Part shown: piece after piece, positions 56,917 through 64,000 of the stretch
Layout: each line of letters opens with the position of its first letter
Numbering within the stretch: the stretch's first letter is position 1
Virus record (IMG/VR): IMGVR_UViG_3300047157_000146
Strand: one strand, 5' to 3'
Source of the DNA: an uncultured virus (IMG/VR IMGVR_UViG_3300047157_000146)
Taxonomy: Duplodnaviria > Heunggongvirae > Uroviricota > Caudoviricetes
DNA: 64,000 nt
Program-made: the position numbers and the translations under genes
Notes under the pieces: model-generated
The model's input: only the letters and a program-made list of their open reading frames with translations
What the model was told of the DNA's origin: nothing
Database searches by the model: none

Positions 56917-57988
56917 TCATTCACTTCCGAAAACATTTTCCCAACTAAAACTTTCATTGTTTTGCTTGGAAGTTTTTATAGCCCATTTAACATCATAATA
57001 GCACTTATCAAGATACCAAATAAGAGTCACTAGCCAAATGAACATCAGTGCAAATACTAGAAGAGTTAGAATCAAAGTACCACCACTAATAAGGTGACGA
57101 TAGTAGCAATGTTGACAATGTTGACCATCATCAAAATCTTATTGCTTCTCTTGACATTAGCCAGTAGTTCGCTGAGTGTTCCGTTTGTTGTTTTTTGTAC
57201 TTCTATCAATTCATCTAAATTAAACATTTTTCATTCCTCTTCTATTTTTATTCACTACAGTTGACCTGTAGTGTTTTACATAGCACGCAAAGCAGTATTT
57301 TTTAGAAGGATGAGTAGTCCTAACTAATTTTCTACATCTAGTGCATCTATTCATTTACTACCACCTTTGATAGTTCTAGGGCGATAATTCCCACTATTTT
57401 AATCATTCTTCTTCACCTGTAATTTCCTTAATGATTCTTTCTGCTTCACATAACTTACAGTGATATTTGCTTTGAAACTCCGGTCTATGTATCATTGGTT
57501 TTACGCACTTCATCTTTCCATCACCCTTCTAATATCGAATGTCTTCTTTTCTAAGAATAAGTAATTTGTGCAAAGGACTAGTAATGGCATCCGGCAGACT
57601 TTTTTGCCATCTATTTCAATCTCTATAATATCTCTTTCTACTTTATCTTTAGAAGAGTCTGTGGTAATGTAATAGTGTATGTAGTCGTAATCTTCTAATT
57701 CTTCATGTAAAAGAAAATAGTCGGAATCTTCATTCATTGTATAGTGGTTCATCCTTCCATCTCCTTTACTATCCATGCCAACACACCATAAACAGGATTA
57801 GCACCATAAACACACCAACCAAAATTACTTCTATCATTTTTAGTTTCGTACGCAGACATTTCTTCTGCACTCCAACGATATAAACATGGTCTGTAAAAAG
57901 GAATATCGCCTGTTTTTTCTTCGGCTTCTAGTAATACAATTTTTCCTAAGCCTTCATGTGGTGGTAATTTACTTAATTGTGAACTCAT
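56917..57988 (-). other. Cluster of about seven tightly coupled small ORFs between the polB halves
   Basis: 57749-57988, 57510-57752, 57403-57513 (CxxC), a 19-codon ORF, 57220-57354 (two CxxC), 57072-57227 (TM), 56917-57075 (TM); partly hand-translated. Confidence 0.6.
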
Positions 57989-58000
57989 CCTTCCATCTCC
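57510..58000 (-). repeat. 16-bp junction repeat GGAGATGGAAGGATGA (57985-58000, 57749-57764 exact; 57510-57525 with 2 mismatches)
   Basis: Copy 1 is the 3' end of polB-N; each copy holds RBS and overlapping ATGA. Confidence 0.85.
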
Positions 58001-59757
58001 CTTGCTGTAAATGCGGCCTTACGAATAGCCTCTCTTGCACTAGCAGTAATGCTAGCGGCTAGGTCTACATTCGCCCAACCGAATCCCTTGAAGGCAAGGA
58101 TACCATAGAAGGAAGCCATCAAACGCTTTACAGCCATTTGGTTGTTGTTCCACTTAACGACAGCCTCCTTATCTCCAGCCTTCCTAGCCTCCTTCATGTA
58201 CTTCTTGTACTCGCCTCTCAACTCTTTCAAGTCGATAAGGGAGCGAGGCAATAATCCCAATTTGTCAGTCTTGAAATAACGCATATCTTTCTCGTAGTCT
58301 TCTGCTACAGGTTGTAGATTCTGTGGAGTATTCAAGTCAGCACTGAATAGCGTTGGCTCTTCTGTAAGAGTTTCAAACGAGATATTCCTAGCAATAATCA
58401 TACTAGGATAAAGACCAGCAAAATCAAAGGCGGCTACATTATAATGCAATCCGTTAGTACCTTCGTCAGTAGGATTGTAAATCATAGCACCCGAATAAGA
58501 TAGGCTTGCTCCGCACTTCTTACACTCTCTTAGTGTCTTCTCGTTTGGATTCTTATGACTACACTTATCGCAGACTTTGAACTTAGGCTTCTCTCCAGTT
58601 GGGGCTTTCCACCAAGCGTTTCTCATAAAGTAGATTGAACCCATGTTAGAAGCAAAGAAGCAAGCATCGAAAGGAGCAATTAGTAATCGCTGTAAAGAAA
58701 GAATGGCTTCACTACAGAAGTTAGTTTCATCAATCTTTACTAGCAGTTCTACATCTATCAAAGCATACTTCAAGTAGGCTTGAGTGTCTTCTAGCCAGCC
58801 TCTACGATAAAACTCGTTAGCATCTTCAAATTTAGTTTCCTTAGATTTACCTTCACCGAATAATGCAGTAGAAACATAATCTAGAGATAGGCTAGGTAGT
58901 GTGCCTTTCTGTGCATCATTCCACTGTCTTTCAAAAGCCATATCTAAGTTTAGGGTAATTCTACCTCGGATAGGTTGAGCAGTAGCATGATAGCCATTCT
59001 CCTCTTTCGTAAATCTTACCTTACCATCCTTGACCTTTATTCCATCAACAACTCCTAATGGAGAAATAATGCTAGGGTCAATATCGTAAAAGGCACATCT
59101 AGAAAACAACTTAGGAAGGTCAGCCCAATTACCAAACCATGCAATTAACATGTCGGGGTCTTTAACCATCATAGTTCCCATAAAGTTTTCAAGCATGTCT
59201 TTTTCAGTATCAAATACTCTTAATGTTGAGTCAGTTCTTCTTTTTTTATTTTCAAAAAGTTTATCATGTGATAAAATTAATTTATGCTCATTCATTCTTT
59301 TAGGAAACCATACCCATTGGTAGTAGTCCTCATCGTAATTATCATACATTACAATAGTAGTAATCTTATCGTGGTGTTCTCCACCTTGTTGCCATTCCAT
59401 ATCCCAATACCACTTACGCATATCGTACTCTTTGATTTCTTCTAATCGGTCTACACAATATCTGTAGGTGTAAGGCACATCAGCCTCGTAAGTTCTAGAA
59501 AAGGTATTCTTCAAATTCCTCAAGTCTTCCGGCATTTCTGCATAGACTTTCTTCAATCGAGTACCTTCGAGATTAACCCAATCGCCTCTCTCGTATTCTA
59601 TTTCCCTAGTAATGTACTTACTAGGCTGGTAAGTAGGTGGTTCCTTACTAGTCTCTTCCACAAAAAAGTATGGGCGAAACGGAATAGTAGAACTGTGCTT
59701 AGTACCATCTTCTCTCCACGATAAATAAATATTTGAATTGTTATGTGAGATTATCAT
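57985..59757 (-). CDS. polB: Family B DNA polymerase, N-terminal part (exonuclease plus motifs A and B)
   Basis: ExoI WDME, ExoIII YALID, motif A DFAGLYPS, motif B KRLMASFYG. Confidence 0.9.
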   Translation of the reverse strand: MIISHNNSNIYLSWREDGTKHSSTIPFRPYFFVEETSKEPPTYQPSKYITREIEYERGDWVNLEGTRLKKVYAEMPEDLRNLKNTFSRTYEADVPYTYRYCVDRLEEIKEYDMRKWYWDMEWQQGGEHHDKITTIVMYDNYDEDYYQWVWFPKRMNEHKLILSHDKLFENKKRRTDSTLRVFDTEKDMLENFMGTMMVKDPDMLIAWFGNWADLPKLFSRCAFYDIDPSIISPLGVVDGIKVKDGKVRFTKEENGYHATAQPIRGRITLNLDMAFERQWNDAQKGTLPSLSLDYVSTALFGEGKSKETKFEDANEFYRRGWLEDTQAYLKYALIDVELLVKIDETNFCSEAILSLQRLLIAPFDACFFASNMGSIYFMRNAWWKAPTGEKPKFKVCDKCSHKNPNEKTLRECKKCGASLSYSGAMIYNPTDEGTNGLHYNVAAFDFAGLYPSMIIARNISFETLTEEPTLFSADLNTPQNLQPVAEDYEKDMRYFKTDKLGLLPRSLIDLKELRGEYKKYMKEARKAGDKEAVVKWNNNQMAVKRLMASFYGILAFKGFGWANVDLAASITASAREAIRKAAFTAREMEG

Positions 59758-59761
59758 TTAA

Positions 59762-60595
59762 TCACTCTTCTAGTCTTGGCGTTTTAATCAATAGGCGGTC
59801 TTCTCCCACCAAAAACAATGGGAAAGCATCTTTCAAATAGAACTCAATAGTTCCGCTTTTGAAGAATTTATGGATAGGTCCACTGAAAAGAACAGTGGCA
59901 GACTGTCCTGTTGAGTGTAGTAATTCTTCTGTGGTTAATTCATGTGAGTAAGACTTTCGGCCTCTATCAGTAGATGAAAAACGAACAGAAGAAGATTCTA
60001 ATGTAGGTGTATCGGAAACAGCCTTGAAGTCTATTTCATAGATTCCTGTACCCACTAACTCGCAGAACTCCATTGTCCTAGAGAACACCGTAGCGTCTAT
60101 AGATATGTGGCCTTCGTATTGTGTAGTGTTAAAGTATGGCATTCCTTCTTCTACGATTAGACGATTCATTGCAGACACTCTATGGATTACATCTAAACTA
60201 GGGTGAGCCTGTACTGTGTTTAGAGTAAATTGGTTAGCACTAGTGTCTGTAATTGTTAATCTAGTGCCACCTTCGATAGTAATCTGTCCCTTGAATTTCT
60301 TTAAGATTGGAATTATTTCCGATATTCTTAGCGTTGCATTGACGCCCAAATCCTTAGTCTGTGTCCAAACTGTATTTGCTTCTTCTTGAGAAACTTCAAC
60401 TAGAGGAATAGAAACTCTAAGAATGAAACCTGCATCGGCATTCCAAACTTCTAACGAATCATTTAGTTGCACCAAGAAAGTAAAGTCCCCAATACTATCG
60501 CCCTTAAGGCCACTAGCAACGGAGTACTTTCCAGCACCCTTCACACTTGTAATTGCATCTAGAAGTTCCTTTGATTCAACTCTAAGTTGCATCAA
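59762..60595 (-). CDS. Putative PCNA-like sliding clamp
   Basis: Size (277 aa), two-domain alpha/beta pattern, ends LLIKTPR, between clamp loader and polB; no diagnostic motif. Confidence 0.55.
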   Translation of the reverse strand: MMQLRVESKELLDAITSVKGAGKYSVASGLKGDSIGDFTFLVQLNDSLEVWNADAGFILRVSIPLVEVSQEEANTVWTQTKDLGVNATLRISEIIPILKKFKGQITIEGGTRLTITDTSANQFTLNTVQAHPSLDVIHRVSAMNRLIVEEGMPYFNTTQYEGHISIDATVFSRTMEFCELVGTGIYEIDFKAVSDTPTLESSSVRFSSTDRGRKSYSHELTTEELLHSTGQSATVLFSGPIHKFFKSGTIEFYLKDAFPLFLVGEDRLLIKTPRLEE

Positions 60596-61380
60596 ATATC
60601 ACCACTCTTAACACAGTCTAGGCCCTTCCATGTTACTTCACCTTCTCGGCTAACAGTTAGGACATTGAATCTCTTATTTAAAAGACTAGGGAAGTATTTA
60701 CTGCTCTTAACATAGGCTTCGTATTCCATTCCCTTAACAGTATTCCTTTGTGTAGTTCGTATTACACTCCAAAGATGAGAGTCCCACTTATTCCAAATTG
60801 GTTGAGGGTCTTCATCTCTAAAAGGAGGCTTGGTATGAGTGATGTAAATTTGGTCGCAGTCAATCGCCTTCGCTTCCTTTAGAACCTGCCTAAAGGGATT
60901 GTTTCGTTGCCACCAATCTTGTTGCTTTGCTGTCTTCATAGGTCGCATTCTAGCGTTCTCCATTCCCGTCATGTAAAGAGTACAGTACTCAAGCCATGTA
61001 TCAATTCCATCCCAAACAAATAGAATCTCTTCTGTCTTAGCCGCTTCTCTTGCTAGAGCAATAAATGACCTAATGTTTCCTTGTGTTTGGTATGGTAGTA
61101 GTTCACCGTCTTCTCCGTATTCTGCCGGATTGTAGATAGTAATTCTTTCAGTAGAATCGTGGTTTGCTTTCCATGTTGGTACTCCGCCATCATCTACATC
61201 TAAGTAGAAGGTTCGCTTATCAGTATCCATTGCTATTCCGCTTTTACCGGTCTTAGCATCGCCTTCTATTCCTAGTCGCATTCTCCTAGGAGCATCCTTG
61301 GCCATCTTAGTCTGTGCTAGAATCTTGGCCCTCATACTGTCAATGTCAATCTCCGTTTGTTCTTCTTTTCTTTTTTGCAT
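60592..61380 (-). CDS. RecA-fold ATPase (Sak4/AAA_24-like recombinase)
   Basis: GDAKTGKS, YLDVD, VWDGID, YITH. Confidence 0.7.
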   Translation of the reverse strand: MQKRKEEQTEIDIDSMRAKILAQTKMAKDAPRRMRLGIEGDAKTGKSGIAMDTDKRTFYLDVDDGGVPTWKANHDSTERITIYNPAEYGEDGELLPYQTQGNIRSFIALAREAAKTEEILFVWDGIDTWLEYCTLYMTGMENARMRPMKTAKQQDWWQRNNPFRQVLKEAKAIDCDQIYITHTKPPFRDEDPQPIWNKWDSHLWSVIRTTQRNTVKGMEYEAYVKSSKYFPSLLNKRFNVLTVSREGEVTWKGLDCVKSGDI

Positions 61381-61382
61381 TT

Positions 61383-61604
61383 TTATTCACCTTTCGATTT
61401 TGTCCATTCTTGGACTAGTTCTTCTACTTCTTCTTCTGTATCTAGTTGTAGTCTAGTTTCCTTATCTCCGATGTGGAGTTTAACGAAATATTTTCCGCTT
61501 TCGTAGTTCTCTTTCCATGTGATAAACTGAATATCAGTTAGGCACACTGTCCAAGTATCAGCCTTGGTAAGGAAACCGCTTTCAAAAGTAATAGTATCAC
61601 TCAT
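61383..61604 (-). CDS. Small hypothetical protein
   Basis: ORF; resembles adjacent ORF (IQFITWK vs IAHISWK). Confidence 0.5.
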   Translation of the reverse strand: MSDTITFESGFLTKADTWTVCLTDIQFITWKENYESGKYFVKLHIGDKETRLQLDTEEEVEELVQEWTKSKGE

Positions 61605-61836
61605 TAGTATTCACCCAATTAGTATAGTTGGTCGTTAGTTCGATAAATTCTTCTTCATTCATCATCTGCCGAATAGCGTCTGCATTAGAATAGATTCTAA
61701 CATCGTAGAATAATTCATCCTTTTTTACATTTTTACGCCTATCCGCAATCTTCCAAGAAATGTGAGCAATATTTCTAAAGGAAATAATAGCCCTACTTGT
61801 TTTAATCATCTTTTTAGTTATCGTTAATTTATTCAT
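61597..61836 (-). CDS. Small hypothetical protein
   Basis: ORF from MNKLTI with GGTGA RBS. Confidence 0.5.
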   Translation of the reverse strand: MNKLTITKKMIKTSRAIISFRNIAHISWKIADRRKNVKKDELFYDVRIYSNADAIRQMMNEEEFIELTTNYTNWVNTNE

Positions 61837-61927
61837 AGTTCTCACCATAGTAGTGGGCTTCGCACCCACTTGAGCAACATTGTATGGTAACTTGCTTGCA
61901 CACGCACATTAGAGTTAGTTAGCCGAC

Positions 61928-63127
61928 TCAAAACCAATCAAGGTTTTCTTCTTCGTCGTCGGCAATCTCAACGACTTGGCCTTTTCTTTCAGTAACTAAA
62001 AGACCGGACATGTTGATGGTGGATGGTTCCATGCCATCATCTCCTTCTCGCATAGAAGTACGCCCAACAACAACCACTTCGGAACCAATACCGAAGTCAA
62101 CTTCGATATGTTGAGGAACCCAACAAGTAGTCATTCCGTCAGTATCGTAATCGAAGTCTGCATTAAGGTCAGTAATGTTCAGGATTCTATTTCCGTTAGA
62201 AGTAGGGGTCATGTTCATATTACAAACCGTACCCATAGTAATCACAAACCGTTCAACTGCTGGTAGGTCGCGCTGTTCCATGTGCCTATCATCAAGAAGA
62301 GATAGAGATACTACCTTGTCGGCTAGAATACTGCTGGCTAAGTTGTAAGGAGTCATAGGAGTTTCCCGATGTGTATCTCCTTCGGGGTCTAGTTCTGCAT
62401 TGTATTCCCAACCTTCCAAAGTCTTCTTAGTGTAGCCGTAAATGTAGCCTTCTCTATTACTATCCTTAATGACCGGCATGTGGATAAACTCAAAAGTTCT
62501 TGGTAAGAATTCAACACCATTTTGATTCTTATAAGAGAAATGGTACATTTGGTAGTCAGCATCATCGCCAACCTTACCAACGAATATTCCGCTTCGGCGC
62601 ATTAGTTCCTTGGCCAGCGGCTTACCGTAGTTCTTGTTCTCTCCACCATTAGTGTACCGCTTTGTAACATCCAAAGGAATAACAATAGTTCCGTCTTCCA
62701 ATGTTTCTGCTCCGTCTGCTAGAACGCTTAGTGTTCTCGTCTGTTCTTCTCCATCGAATACTCGACTAACGGTGTATTTTCCGTCTTCTGTTTCTTCAAC
62801 TGTAGCAACAAAGCCTTCTTGATAGGCTTTGTAAGCGTCACGCTTCCATTCTTCAATCGCCCTTCGTCGGTTGTAGGCCATCATATCCCTTGGTTCTTCT
62901 AGAGAAACAAAGAACCCAAAGGCACTATCTCCCCAAGATTTACGCTCGGTATTGTTTGTTCGCTTTTTCATGCTTATCTGTTGATGAGCGTAGGCTCGCC
63001 ACAGACCCTTTGCTAGGGTCGAGTCGGTTTCTACGCCGTTCGTCTTGCATATCTCTTCAAATTTCAGTCGTGCATCCTCTTCCGAGATGCCTAACTTCTC
63101 CGCTGCTTTATTTATTTCGTTTTGCAT
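61928..63127 (-). CDS. Putative RPA-like ssDNA-binding protein (OB folds)
   Basis: C-terminal OB pattern FGIGSEVVVVGRT; acidic tail DDEEENLDWF. Confidence 0.65.
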   Translation of the reverse strand: MQNEINKAAEKLGISEEDARLKFEEICKTNGVETDSTLAKGLWRAYAHQQISMKKRTNNTERKSWGDSAFGFFVSLEEPRDMMAYNRRRAIEEWKRDAYKAYQEGFVATVEETEDGKYTVSRVFDGEEQTRTLSVLADGAETLEDGTIVIPLDVTKRYTNGGENKNYGKPLAKELMRRSGIFVGKVGDDADYQMYHFSYKNQNGVEFLPRTFEFIHMPVIKDSNREGYIYGYTKKTLEGWEYNAELDPEGDTHRETPMTPYNLASSILADKVVSLSLLDDRHMEQRDLPAVERFVITMGTVCNMNMTPTSNGNRILNITDLNADFDYDTDGMTTCWVPQHIEVDFGIGSEVVVVGRTSMREGDDGMEPSTINMSGLLVTERKGQVVEIADDEEENLDWF

Positions 63128-63139
63128 TTTTTTTACCTC

Positions 63140-64000
63140 CTATTGTAGGTTTCCCACCATCCATGATACAAGTAATTTAGGGGTCATGTTGTGGGAACGC
63201 CATTCTCCTTCTCCAATTACTCGTAGGAATTTCAGTTTTTTGTTGCTATCCATTTCCGAAGAAACGATATAATCATGCAACCCTATGCAAATCTCCTTAG
63301 TGGAGATTCCTTCATAGATTAGATTGTGTAGATTTTTCAGTGCTTCGTTTGGATTGTTATTCAATATGTTCATTGTAATTTGTTCGTACTTTTTGAGGCC
63401 CTTTTCGATTTGAGTCGTCAGTCGTATGCCGGATGCGACTGATGCCTGTAGTTCGGTAAGTGTCCTTCTCATATCACCGTTGAAGGCATATATAAACGAC
63501 CTAATTTCTTCGGGGACCGGATAATTTTCCGCCTCTAGGATTTTGACAATTGCTTCTTCAATCACTTCAAAGGTTAGGTTTTTGAAGAAGTAATTAGCAC
63601 AACGAGATTGTAGAGCATAGATAATCTTGTTTCGATTATTACAAGTAATGATGAATCGTATATTTGATTCATAACGCTCCATCAATCTCTTAAGTGCGTT
63701 TTGTGCATCATTAGTCATACCATCCATTTCATCTAACAAAACCATTCTAAATGGGACATCTCCAATAGCGGAGTCCTGTGCTATACTCTTTATTTTAGTC
63801 CTAACAGTTTCTAGCCTCCTATCATCGGAAGCATTAATCTCAAAAAAGTTAGAAGTAGAATCCTCACCTAGAAGGGCTTTTGCCAAGGCAACTGCGGCTC
63901 CTGTTTTACCAGTTCCCGAATTACCATAAAGCAAAAGGTTAGGGCATTCCTTATTCAAAACCCAATGTTCAGCATCCATGACAAAATGTTCTTGTCCCAA
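63140..64000 (-). CDS. rfcS: Replication factor C small subunit (clamp loader), 5'-truncated by window
   Basis: LLYGNSGTGKT, EINASDDR, LDEMD, AQNALKR, SRC motif. Confidence 0.93.
   Translation of the reverse strand: MGQEHFVMDAEHWVLNKECPNLLLYGNSGTGKTGAAVALAKALLGEDSTSNFFEINASDDRRLETVRTKIKSIAQDSAIGDVPFRMVLLDEMDGMTNDAQNALKRLMERYESNIRFIITCNNRNKIIYALQSRCANYFFKNLTFEVIEEAIVKILEAENYPVPEEIRSFIYAFNGDMRRTLTELQASVASGIRLTTQIEKGLKKYEQITMNILNNNPNEALKNLHNLIYEGISTKEICIGLHDYIVSSEMDSNKKLKFLRVIGEGEWRSHNMTPKLLVSWMVGNLQ

Noticed and set aside
56917..56960. SWENVF at the end of a small - strand ORF as another tag copy
   Set aside because: Lacks the terminal LK, lies in a membrane peptide in the replication arm; probably chance
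1..64000. tRNA or rRNA genes, alternative genetic code
   Set aside because: No cloverleaf or rRNA-like stretch seen; TAA, TAG and TGA all end coupled genes normally

Overview
This 64-kb window is a large part of a tailed archaeal virus genome (HK97-type head, non-contractile tail). Gene content and GGTGA/GGAGA ribosome-binding sites best fit a 'magrovirus' infecting Marine Group II Euryarchaeota (Poseidoniales); the host is inferred, not shown. The + strand (1 to ~49.8 kb) is the morphogenesis arm. It carries terminase, a frameshifted portal, an ATP-dependent DNA ligase, prohead protease/scaffold, major capsid protein, an Arf/Ras-like GTPase with membrane proteins, neck, tail tube, frameshifting tail chaperone, tape measure and tail tip/fibres. 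The - strand (~49.9-64 kb) is a converging archaeal-type replication arm: RFC, RPA, Sak4-like ATPase, PCNA-like clamp, split PolB, Cas4-like nuclease, PriS-PriL-like primase, XPF/ERCC4 nuclease, AAA+ helicase and a DEDD exonuclease. Two signals stand out. (1) About 20 otherwise unrelated genes, all in the morphogenesis arm, start with the same peptide M(S/T)WxxILK, which also occurs at the C-terminus of the prohead protease/scaffold. This is a candidate capsid-targeting/protease-cleavage tag. (2) Small-gene arrays are punctuated by direct repeats that copy the stop/RBS/start junction of the upstream gene: seven 22-bp copies at 3.55-5.71 kb, three 16-bp copies inside the split PolB gene, and a 12-bp pair around one gene. 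The repeats decay away from the anchor gene, suggesting a junction-duplicating gene-cassette acquisition system with no integrase in this window. Two indel-rich patches (3.06-3.54 kb and 15.9-16.8 kb) are probably assembly errors. All calls are from motif recognition by eye; no searches were run.
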